Shown here: piece by piece, positions 15,101-26,740 of the stretch
Numbering within the stretch: position 1 is the first letter of the stretch
Layout: the number at the start of each line of letters is the position of its first letter
NCBI GenBank assembly: GCA_050084515.1
Contig: CM114271.1
Span: 45,818,001 to 45,882,000, forward strand
From: Blasia pusilla
Taxonomy: Eukaryota
Direction: 5' to 3'
DNA: 64,000 nt
Notes under the pieces: model-generated
What the model was told of the DNA's origin: nothing
The model's database searches: none
What the model saw: the letters and a program-made list of their open reading frames with translations, nothing else
Program-made: the position numbers and the translations under genes

Positions 15101-16510
15101 GGTTCTCAAACCCTCCCCCATTACTTGACAATCTAGAGCAAAGCTTGTGCCTAAAACAACCTTGTATACATACAATTGACCGACTACTTGGGTTGAACAC
15201 TTGCGCTGAAGTGGTAAGCTCACAATCCCAAATAGTTCCTCCTGTCTGATCATCTAGTATGGCCTTCACATCCATCAACTCTCCTCTCCATTGGATGTTT
15301 GACTCCCAGAAGCCCCAACAAAGCAAACTTAGTCCAAAATCAATGGAGGAAGCAAACCCACCTTTTCATGAATTGCTTCCTTCCTTAAAGGCATCAAGGT
15401 TAAAGAATTTGGAAATGGAATTTTGAGACGGAAATAAGTCCCTAGGATCTGGCTTCTTTGATCGTCCCTTCTTCCCATACCTCAAGACAAGTTGGGCAGT
15501 GACCTCTCTAGTGTCAAGAGCATCCAAGTGATTACGACTAACCAAGTGTTGTCGTAGATTATGCTCCAAATTGGCCTTTCTTGGGCACATGTCTGTGTGC
15601 AACTTGCCACAAATTAGACATCGTATCTTGAACAAATATGACATGTGTGCAAACTGCGTATCAGCAACAGATGGCGTCACAAAGAACACTATTGTCTCAC
15701 CCCCAACCTCTCCATTCATTTTCTCAACTATTCCTATACCTACGATGATATGATGTTCATGATCCCATTGAGGTTGTTGTATAATGTCACTAGGAGAAAT
15801 CAATGTACTAGGCAGACCTCATCTCTTACAAAAATTCTCCTTATGCTTAGGGTTGTTGAGATGCTTAGTCTTGAAATTGTTGAAGCAATTTGCAATTGAT
15901 TTTAAAACGTGGGAATTAGTTGCATTCCCAAAAGTCTCCCGACACTCTAAGCACTCTAGGTGCCCTCGAACATCTTGCCCCTCAGCCCACGTTTGCACTC
16001 TCCACTTATGCTCATCATATCCTTGTCGCTTTATCCAATCTTTAAGCTTGCTCCACTCCTCATTCCAACTCTTTGCTGCCACCTCAGACATAAGCACTGA
16101 CTCAAATGAACCTGTGACAGGCAATATATTGACTACTTGCTCTTGGGCTGTGGCTTCTGTATATGATTTGGACCCAAAATTTGTGTCCTCTATGATAGAC
16201 AGAGTCGCAGCAGATGAATGCGAGGACACAATTGCAACCGCCTAGTATATCTAGAGGCTTGTTGTGCAATAACAAAAACACACCCTTCAAGTTCACTAAT
16301 CTCAATGAGGTTCTCAATAGGATGTCTAACTCTACCAGGTAGCCTATCATCCCAAAAATCAAATTCAAAGTCAACTGCCCTAGAACATCGTGTGCGGAAG
16401 TCGGCTAGTGTCTGTCCTTCTTTGAAGGACAACACAGAAATTGGTACATCATCCTTCCCTTCTGCATTCTTTTCTACTAGTCTCACTGAGTTGGAACTAG
16501 GGTTTTCCAT
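12189..16510 (-). mobile_element. Decayed P-element/THAP9-like DDE transposase gene with N-terminal C2H2-type zinc fingers
   Basis: Colinear motifs: LIEDET (14439-14450) spliced over GT-AG intron 14272-14418 to RWEAKYDTLIGFCG; GHASDGD (~13935); DQDP-x-HNGKK (frameshifted, ~13790); GSDCCEIFFSKVGG (E at ~13219). Two CxxC...H-x5-H fingers at ~15830-15950 and ~15530-15620. Stops and frameshifts present; termini not found. Confidence 0.7.
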
Positions 16511-16861
16511 TTGTACAATGTGTCAAAGGCATTCAAACTATCATATATGTAGTTCAACTTGTCATGTACCACAACAATAAACAAAAGAGGTCACAAATTA
16601 AGGTTTGTTATGCTTCTACAACAATTGATTGCCATACATAACACCAAATAACTATCCTCATTCCAACTTCAAGACTTAATCCATTTAATTCATTATAATC
16701 CAACCAAAACGTCCATTCAATATGAGTTATAGTTTTAAGTCTGAAGATGCAAAACTCCGAAAACATCAAGGTAATTTGTGCAAAATCTTACACTTGAAAT
16801 ATGTAATGAGACTATAGTCCCATTGTGCTTACCTACAAAATTTCTCTATCATATTCATTAA

Positions 16862-17557
16862 TTAAACCCAAGAGATATGTTGATAATCTGCAGTGCCTAG
16901 TGTAGGGACAATTGGATGATCAGGGCAATAGATCATCCATATGATCTCATTATGTGCAACATGACGCTAGGATTCTCTGCCAGGTGCAAAACCTTCCTCC
17001 TTGCTCGCTGCCAAGCAACCCAAATGCCATGTCTTTGGGCATCTCAAACATTGGACGACGTTTGCTAGATGCTTGGTGCGATGCGTCATGTTGCATGCCA
17101 CACATGTATGGAGAGGGCAACACTGCACATCAAGTGGCAAGCATCCATGATAGAAGAAACGAACACAGAAAGGTTGGGGGCACTGTCTCATATTAGTTTG
17201 AATGGAAGCCATTCTACCACACTTGAAACATTTGTATGTCTCGGAGGTACACTCTGGAAAATACCAAGGGTCGCTCTCCTTGTCCTTTGGAATGACCACG
17301 GTAGGGCAATGGGACACCGTCTGGCCAACTCTACAAACATGGTGAAATTGTTGATGGCAAAGCCTATCACAAATCACTAGATCTCCATGAAAATCGCAAA
17401 TAGCACACAAATGAGGACTGCATTGTCGCAACTCAATATATGAGAATAGGGGAATTTGTGGCAACCTCATGCTCATGTTCTTCCTAGAGTGTGGATTATT
17501 CTTGGCTTGCCCCTTGTACCTTGCCGTTATGGCTAGTGGATATTTAAACATGGACAC
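16862..17557 (-). pseudogene. EDM2/NSD-type tandem PHD-finger cassette with one internal stop
   Basis: CAICDFHGDLVICDRLC...FH; CFKC...CPQPFC...HGC; CPLHTCVAC...CLRCPKTWHLGCL. Reading through TAG at 16967 gives IYCPDHPIVPTLGTADYQHISW. Splice-acceptor-like CTAATTCAG upstream. Confidence 0.7.
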
Positions 17558-17892
17558 TGAATTAGTTATAACTTAACCAAATAGAAGATATAGGCATGCA
17601 TAATTGTAGACAAACTAAAAGACTTAAAAGTCAATTGCTTAGAACTCAACGAAATACTAACTTTCAAAAAAAAAAACTAGTTGACAATATAACTCATGGA
17701 ATTTTTTTTAAGAATGTATGATATTTTAATACCATGATATATGGTGAAGGTACCATATGAGAGTAGTGAGACACTTTGATATAGTGAGAGTGAGATAGAG
17801 AACACATTACATTAGACTTCGTCCTGGTTGGGAGTGCTCACCTTACAAGCATTCATAGGGAGATTCCAATATCAACCAAGATCAACAAATGT

Positions 17893-18079
<187 letters not shown>

Positions 18080-19635
18080 TCTACTTATGAAGTTATGCAT
18101 GTTGTAGTCTTGCAGCCAAAGGCCCAAAGTAGACTGTCACATTTAGTATTAGTGCTTACCATAGATATAGAATGTTCATGGGTAGCTTCCATGTATTAAC
18201 CAAGAAACTCTTTACAATAGAGGAACGGAGCGTTAAACTAATGGTAAATAGTGTTATTTCCATCACGATGCTAAAGAAATGAGCACACTAAGAGTTCATA
18301 CGGTGAGGCATTCAACACAAAGAAGGAAGGGTAGCCAAAAATAGAATTGGAAGTTGTGAATCATGCAGACAATCGTCCGTCCTAGATATATAGTGTGGGC
18401 TAGACCTCTAGTTGATTAGATGGAATTGAGCCTAACTCTTTGGAAAAATCTGAATAAGGATTGTTGCTATTTCATTTGGTAGTACGAGTGGATAAGTGAA
18501 GAAGCTGCAGGCAACGTTCTCATTCATACAATCCTAATAATTAATAATAAAACAGTCACCCGTACTACTTCTGAGAAGCTGAACAAATTCTCATAGGAAT
18601 TCAATTCAGATGACCGGAAATCCACTTCTTCTTTTCTCCACAAGACTTTTGTCCATGATATTGCAAATCATGAGATTTGCAGACATGTAATTATGTAATC
18701 CTAGCAATAGCCGTAGGTCCACGTGAACATTTTGTTTGAATAGAGACGACATATTTTGGAACGAGAATCTAAGCAATCCCAGGTGTATAATCTCGACTCT
18801 CCCTTTCTCTCTGCTACGCATAAGGATAGCAAGGTTCATATGTATACCTACTTTAAAATGCTTCAAGTGAGCCCTGATCCTCACCGCAATACTTGTCTTA
18901 TGGCTGTGATCGAACATGCTAAGCTAGTAATATGAGTGTTGAGTGCATATTTGTTGCTAGTTAGCTACTACGACCAGTCTCATGCACTTAGCTACTACGA
19001 CTGGTCTCATAAAGGTAGATTTTTCGCGACTTATTCCTCCGATACACTAAACTTCCTTATAACGTGACATCTTATAGTCGTCATAATATCACTTTCTTTC
19101 CTAAGCTTTCCATCCGCCTTCCTAGTTATAGATGCACGTTCATCTGATATATCTCATCTTGTGGGGAGCCGCTAGGTTTTCATATATCTCATCTTGTGCT
19201 CGAATGGATTTTTCTGGACGACCGAGGGATTATGCGAAACATCGATAGTTTGGCGTGCACGCCCGTGGCAGCCGAACGTGAGAGCATTGACGTTTGGCCA
19301 ACAGATCCGTAATTTTCAATGTGTCTAAAAGTAAATGCGAACGGGCAGTACTTCAACGAAGCGGCTAGGATCGTCAAGTACGCGTCATGGTACATGGTAC
19401 CGTAGTTTTTACTTCACGATTTCCCCAAGATAAAGGTTATTTTGCCGTGCAAAGTACTGCGTCATTCTTACCCATTCATTTCTTCTACAGTCATTGAAAA
19501 TACAGATGGACTTTCTTCCATGTGGTCAAAGAAGAATTGCATTTAGAAGAGGGATGATTTGCATCACACAGCTATGGATGCCGTCTTCTCAAAGTTGCGG
19601 CAAAATGCGGTTCTAAAAAAATACGTTGCAAAAAA

Positions 19636-20203
19636 ATGGCTGCGGACATATCATGGAGGGGAGCGATGGTGCTGGACGAAAGGAGTGAGCAACAAGGAGA
19701 AGAAGAAGAATTGAAGGTCGAAACAATCAAAGCTACGGATTTGAACTGTGTTCATATCTCGGAAGTTTTAGAATGACTGAGGAGCTCAGAAGATGGTCTA
19801 TCTAGTGAAGAAGTTGAGTGTCGCCTCGAGATATTCGGAAAGTCCTTAGGTTTCTTGGATTCATGTGGAACCCACTGTCTTGGGTGATGGAAATCGCGGC
19901 CATCATGGCCATCACATTAGCGAATGGACAAGGGAGTCCCCCTGAATGGCCAGATTTTTTAGGAATCGTCGTGCTCTTGCTGGAAAACTCGACGATCAAT
20001 TTCATCAAGGAGAACATCGTAGGGAATGATGTTGTAGCTCTCATGGCAAGACTAGCCCTTTTTCCAAGGTGTTGCGAGATGGCCACTAGGTGCAGGTTGA
20101 TGCCGGACTCCTTGTGCCCGGAGACGTGATTGGCATCAAGCTAGGAGACATCATACTAGCAGATGCAAGGCTTTTGGCCGGGGATCCTCTAAAGATCGAT
20201 CAA
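19636..20203 (+). pseudogene. AHA: Plasma-membrane H+-ATPase (P3A/AHA) N-terminal fragment
   Basis: [75 protein letters not shown] followed by a GT donor. Contains stops, a short deletion and frameshifts; the rest of the gene is absent from the window. Confidence 0.88.
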
Positions 20204-20337
20204 GTGAATTATATTTCTCCTTCAACTACTCTTATAATTTTGTTGCTCTGATTTGACACATACATGCTCAGATCTAGAGCCATAACGCTTACCATCCTCC
20301 GCCCTCAACTACGCCGTGCAATCAAAGTTCATCACTA

Positions 20338-20586
<249 letters not shown>

Positions 20587-21223
20587 GCCTCAAGAAAATG
20601 TGGACCTTCCGTGATCTGCCTTGCTAATCCAGATCTTGAGATACCAAAATCATGCCGTGACACCACTTCAAATTGCGTGTGCGCCAATTATAAAGGAAAA
20701 TAAGCGCTCCTGCATTCAATAAGCTCCCATGTTGAATCAAAGAAGGAAGGCATGCAAATGTAGAAACGAAGGAAAGGAAAGCGCTCAAGAGAATAGAGGC
20801 ATGATACGTATACTCTCAAAGAAGAAACCAAGAAAATAAATGAGCATACCAACTGCCAGGCCACTCCCGATCACACTCTCCTACTACGCCACCACTCCTT
20901 GAGCGACAGAACCCAAAGAAATCAGGAGGTAGACTCGAGCCTCTTCCAATCACGCTCTCCTGCTGCACCACCACTCCCTGAGCTACAGAACCCAAAGTTG
21001 TGCACTTTGCTCGGAAGGGGCTTCAAGTCGCGGCTCAATTTTTGGCTCAAAGCTTGTCTCCGAAGACCAAAACCCTAAACCCAACGAACCCAACTCAAAT
21101 TGAGAGGGAAACTTGAAAGTAAGGACTCCCTTCTTCCCTCTAAAGCTTTTCCATAAAATTGATTTTTTTAGCTAGGAAAGCTAATTTTTGTAAAAAATCA
21201 ATTTAATATATGTAGATGTGACA

Positions 21224-21591
21224 TGTCATGACCATACGGATTATGTCGTAGAGTATAGTGTGCTAGTAGAGGCCATTCCTTATGTAGGACCGTAGTGGCT
21301 TGGTAGAGATGCGGTTCCATACATAGGGTTGGGGGTTACTCAATTGGGGGTGACTTTCCCAATAGGGCCCGCTCTTAGGTTGGAGGATATAAGGTGGAGT
21401 ACACTCAAAGAACAGTCAGTTCTTTGAGTTGAGCCTGTTGCGTTGGGAGTTAGCCTTGGTAGTGAGTAGAGCTCTTGGCTATGGTGTTTCCCGCAAGCTC
21501 CGACCTAGATTCTTCCATCATGGAGTGGGTTTGGCTCGATTGTATGTGATTGTATACGTGTTTTATGACAGTAGGTCTTTCACCGATTTCA
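21224..21591 (+). repeat. Terminal repeat A1 of Gypsy copy 1
   Basis: Matches 30325-30677 with about 6 substitutions and one 15-bp indel by eye; contains TATAA at 21388. Confidence 0.95.
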
Positions 21592-24500
21592 CTCAAAGAA
21601 CTGGAGTAGATCGATGGTAGCTTCGATTGACAGATCAAGAGGGATTTGGTTAGGGTGATTGTGTACTCAGCCGTGGATGTTCGTGGCTTGTGGCCTATGT
21701 TGGAGGTATGAATCTGGTGCGTGGTTGGTTGGGAAAGAAGCGCCTTGGTAAGAGCTTTCCAACGCGCTTTAGATCGCCAGATTTTGTCAAGGGAGTTGGA
21801 AGTTATCAAGGATTGAAGATTCTGGTTCGTGTTCAACGGTTTTCTGATGTGGAGAGCTTGGAGTGCGGAAGCTCTGTTGAAGTTCATCCAGATTGGGTGA
21901 GAGGTTCCTGTTGCTACTCGTATTGTGATCTCATGTGAATCTATCTGCTCGAGTGTGTGGAGCGTTGTGGATTTCTGCGTGCATGAAACTTGGCGGAAGC
22001 GCTGTCGGATAAGTGATTCTGGAGGTGTATGGACAACAAGTTTGTCTGATTTTTAGCTCGGAGTACAGAGCTCGGTTGTAGCTGATTTTTTGTGGAGAGA
22101 TAGCTATGGTGGTCAATTGAATTCTGGTTGAAACAGATTTGATTTCAGTCATAGATTTGTGAAGTAATTTCTGATCAAAATTTCGCGGACTAGCTCAAGG
22201 TATGGCTATGGTGGACAGCGGATCGGAGGGGTTGGTTGGTTGGTGACTCGTTCATTGTTGGAGACGCCTATCCCGTTGGGGGCGCCCTGGTTGGGCCTCT
22301 CTCCATAGCAAAGCATGGCAAAGCGTGGCGAACGGGGCGATAGAGGCTTCGAGGCAACTCGTGGTAGCTCGGGGTGAGTGGGCGTGAGAGGCGGAGTAAG
22401 GAGCAAGGAGCAAGCAAGCAAGCTTGCTTGCTTGGGCGTGAGGCAATTTTTGCAGGATTTGGGATTTGAGTGTTGCATAACTGGTCACCCATCTTTGGGC
22501 TATTCTGCCTGGAGGACGCTTAACTGCTGAGTTCTTAACTATGCCAGTGTACACACTGTTGTAGCTCATTTGGTGCTGTTCGGAGATGTGTTAGGCACTT
22601 TATGCATCTCAGGTTTTTGGTTGATGTACCTCTAGCTCATAGTACGGTGTAGCCTCTCCATGCAAGTGATATTTTCAGGTGCTGCGAGTTCGACTAGCAC
22701 GTCATCGACCCGCGGCGGAGTAGCTATTGCGTTAGAATTGTGTGGTGGGTTTTGTGGATTCATGGGGCACCACGTTTGGTGGATTATGTTACCTTGATTT
22801 CCATTTGCGATTGGAGGGTTGTCGTTGGACTTCCTGTGTTTGGATCCCCTCCATCGGTGCTTCTTGCTTGCGCGCCCATTGTTAGGGTTGACGCTGATTT
22901 CCAGAGTAGTGTTACTCCTGTGTGCTACTGATAGTGAGGCTGGAGTGATGACCAGTAGACCGTGGGAGGCTTCTTGTGGTGATGAGAGGTTAGGTTGCCT
23001 ACACCCATAGCTAGTAGAGCTACAATAGTAGAGCGACATCGACGTCACTTGGTTATTTGGTGGTGGTAATTTGGTGGTGGTGCGGCATCGGCATTGGTCA
23101 TCACGGAGCTGTCGGGTGGTCTGGTTGGGGACCGTGGTGCGGACAGTGGTGGTTTCACACGGAGTGGATTTAGGTATCGGCTACCTTTTCCACTTCCGAC
23201 GGTTGATGAAGAGGAGGACGAGGGTGTTCCAAACACCGAGTCTTCTACGTTGTTATCGAGTGTTGCAACTCCATTGATTTGGGACATGGACGGTGGATAT
23301 GGGGCCATGAAGGGCCCACGAAGATACTCGGGTGCAGTGGGTACCATTGAGTTGGAGGACTTCATGCAAGAGTTTGATACGTGGTGTGATATGCAGATGT
23401 TGTGGAACGCCACGTTGTTTACACCCTTCTTGGCTTGGAAGGGGTTGTTTCAGCACTTGGAAGGACCACCCATGGATGATTACCATGAGTTTAGGAAGGA
23501 CCATGTTGCTGAGATTGAGGCATGGAGACAATATTGGTCTCCAGGCTATGTGTCTATCACCCATGGTGGTATTGGTAGTAGTGCTCCTACTATGCCAGCC
23601 AGCCCGACGTTGAGTGGTACGAGTACGAGCCGGAGTGGAGGTACTAGTGGGGGTACTAGTGGAGGTACTAGTGCCCCACCATCGTTCAACTCGGTTGCAG
23701 AGTTCTTCAAGAGGTTGAAGAAGAACTATCAGGGAGTGAAGACGGAGAAGTTGAGGAATCTTCAGGAATTTGAGCGAAAGAGTGGTGAGAGTCTTCGTGA
23801 GGCATACACTCGTATGCGACGCTTGATTTCAGTTACCCAGGGTGTGACGAGGATCAGCGATCCGATTTTGGTATGGGATCTTGGACAGAGATTTGCGCCT
23901 TAGGGTACGTGATGCTACTCTTATGAGTGATGATTCACCCACATTGACCCATGTGTTTGCTCTATCTGAGAAGATTGAGCTTAACATGGTGAAGGAGAGA
24001 GTGGTGACATCCGCATTCAATAGGGATACATCTACTACTTCTCATGTTCAACCGCCCACCTCACAGTCTCGTAGTAGTGGTGGTGGTAGTAGTAGGGGGA
24101 GTCGTGGGGGGTACACACGACCTCATCCAAGTCCTAGAGGTACACTTGCGCAGAGACCATTGCCTTCATTTGCTACCCCGCAGCAAGGACAGTCATGTTG
24201 GACATGTGGAGGTGATCATGTTAGGAAGTTTTGTCCCCAAGAGGATGGGAGACGGACTTTGGAGGATGGGCCTCAGTCGGCCCCAACTCAGTGTGATCAT
24301 TTGCGGGAGACCAGGTCATCCTCGAGAGCGTTGCTTTGATCTTCATCCGTAGTTGAGATCAGGCCGCGGCCGTGGTGGAGTAGCTCGAGAGGTCGAGGTG
24401 GTAGAGGTGGACGGTGGTTGAGAGCCTCGGTGGCTACCCCTACCACTACGACAGAGTCGGCCTATGGTCGCCAGATTGAGTGATTGGAGCAGAAGTTGGC

Positions 24501-25909
24501 TACTATGGTCGGTATCCAAAGATAGATCACGTTCGGGAGCAGGAGCTTCCACCTCTTATGGAGGGGATGATCTCTCTTATATGGCGAGTGCATCACAGGT
24601 TGAGGCATCAGCTGCAGTTACGAGAGGAGCCACTCGAGCGTCAGAGCCACGTGGTGCTACTGTGGAGTTGGACCCACAAAGGGGTGAGGCTGGGAGGCAG
24701 GCTAGGCTTCCCTAGTCATTCTTGTTGTCTGAGGTGCTTAGGAATCCATCCATGGTTCCTACGCAGCCTATTGAGCCGACAGTGGGGACTGAGGCATCTA
24801 CATCGCGTGTAGTAGACACGGATGCAAAGATCAAAGGCAAAGATGTGCGGATGGCAACTTGATGTTGGGATCCCCATTGTTTTTGGCCACGGAGTCGATG
24901 GCTTTAGGAGTTGACTTAGCTCCTATATTTCAGCTAGCAGCCACATTGTGTGAACGTGGGGGTGTTACTGCTACACGTGTTGAGGTGGATGAGGATGTTG
25001 CGGTGGAGCGACCCTCTATGTCAGGTGTAGCATTGAGTACCAGTGCTACTTGGCAGGCAGCAGCGGCGAAGATGGATGCATTACCAGCCCGGCCAGCCAT
25101 TGATCGTGAGAGGCTTACACCTGGTGTATGTATGTTGGACAACAGTGGGATCTTCCGATTGGTGAGTCCTACAGACAGGTGTATAGACCGGATAGAGTCT
25201 TGTTAGACTCGGTGCTCAACCTTGATGTTGGGAAAGGCGGCATGTATTGGTTTGGGTATTCGGAGGTCGAGCTTGAGCCTTGCCCATTCCAGATTCAAAC
25301 ATCACTTGGAGGAGCCAATGATAGGTCTCAATTCATGACACGGGAAAAGTTTGTTTGCGGTTGAGACCAGATCATGCGATCGATAGCTCCCGGTTGGGAG
25401 TATCTCATGCGGAGTCACATAAGCCGAGTCGTATGATGTACTAGTTGGAGGAGCGATTGTACCCGATGGGTTTTCAGATGGATTATCGGATGGAGACAAC
25501 GTCTTCTTAGACCTGGTTGGCAGTCCGGGATGGACGTATGAGCCAAGTTCTTGTGAGATTTATTTATGGGGCTCGACCAGGAGGGTCTTCCCAACAAAGT
25601 GTTAGCATCTGTGGCTGGTTTTAGTGGAGTAGTCACTTGGCCGGAGACTTTTTGAGGGTAATGTTTTTTCTATGGATTCTCCTGCGCATGAGGAGGTAGA
25701 GGAGGTCCCTATTTTTGCAGCAAAGGGAATCCTCATCGTTGGATGTGCCACTTTGGAGTTCAGGCGGTGCACTACGGCAGGAGGCTTGGTGTGAGGCTAT
25801 TATACCTCACGAGGAAGAGGAGGCCCCACGGCGGACTCCTACTTCTGGTCCAGTTGGGTTATCCCCTTTGGATACTACACCCATTGTATGGTAGTATCCG
25901 CCGGAGGGC

Positions 25910-26740
25910 ATTTGTGTGTTAGATCTCTTTGGTGGGATTAGCACTGGTTTGGCTGCAGTGTTGCATGCCGGTATTCTTGTGCGGAGATACGTGTATGTGG
26001 AGCGAGATGAGACGGCCCAGTGAGTCTCATCCCGACATATTGGTCACTTGATCTAGATGGCCATGTCAAGGTCATACACGTGCTGGTCGTGGTGAGGGAT
26101 TACATGACCCTAGGTCTCGATTGTTTTGGGAGATGTTACGGGTGTTACGACATCTTCAGGTTCATCAGGCACGTGCTCTAGCTTACATTCTGGAGAATGT
26201 TCCATTGTTGGGTGACACTCGGACCCGGATGATGGCGAGTGTTCATGAGGTGCGGTCTTGATTGGACCAGCGGTGTTGTTGGATGCGTGAAGTTGGCTCG
26301 CGTGCACATCGCCCACGCTTGTGGTGGACAAACTTGTTGCTTAGGAGATTCTCGTCGAGCATATGATGTAGTGCAAGGGATCCTCGCTTACAGTGGATAG
26401 TATCTTGGATACTGGGCGACTTTCTCAAGTGGTAAGGGTTATTGATCGGTCACCCATGGCAATGGTGAACCGTGTGGGCCAGCCTAGGATGGCACTACCC
26501 ACATTTGTGAATTTTCCCTCGTCACATGCCTACAGGAAGGTGGTCCGGGGCTTGTATGGGATTCTCATGTGCGGCAGTTGGTGGAGCCTAACGCTGATAA
26601 GAGAGAGCGTGCGATGGGATTTGCTCTTTGGTGTGACAAATGGTTGCTTCTATTTCGAGGCTTCACGACGTCATGTGTTGGATCAGGCCATGGACCTGAA
26701 TTGTTTGACTTGGATTTTGAGTCTTGGTATGGCCGAGCAA
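25910..26740 (+). pseudogene. DNMT3-like C5 cytosine methyltransferase domain in Gypsy copy 1
   Basis: ICVLDLFGGISTG (motif I), YVERD (II), WPCQG at 26061 (IV), ILENV at 26193 (VI), HRPRLWWTNL (VIII), RERAMGF (IX), RRHVLDQAMD (X). Has an internal deletion and frameshifts. Confidence 0.88.
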
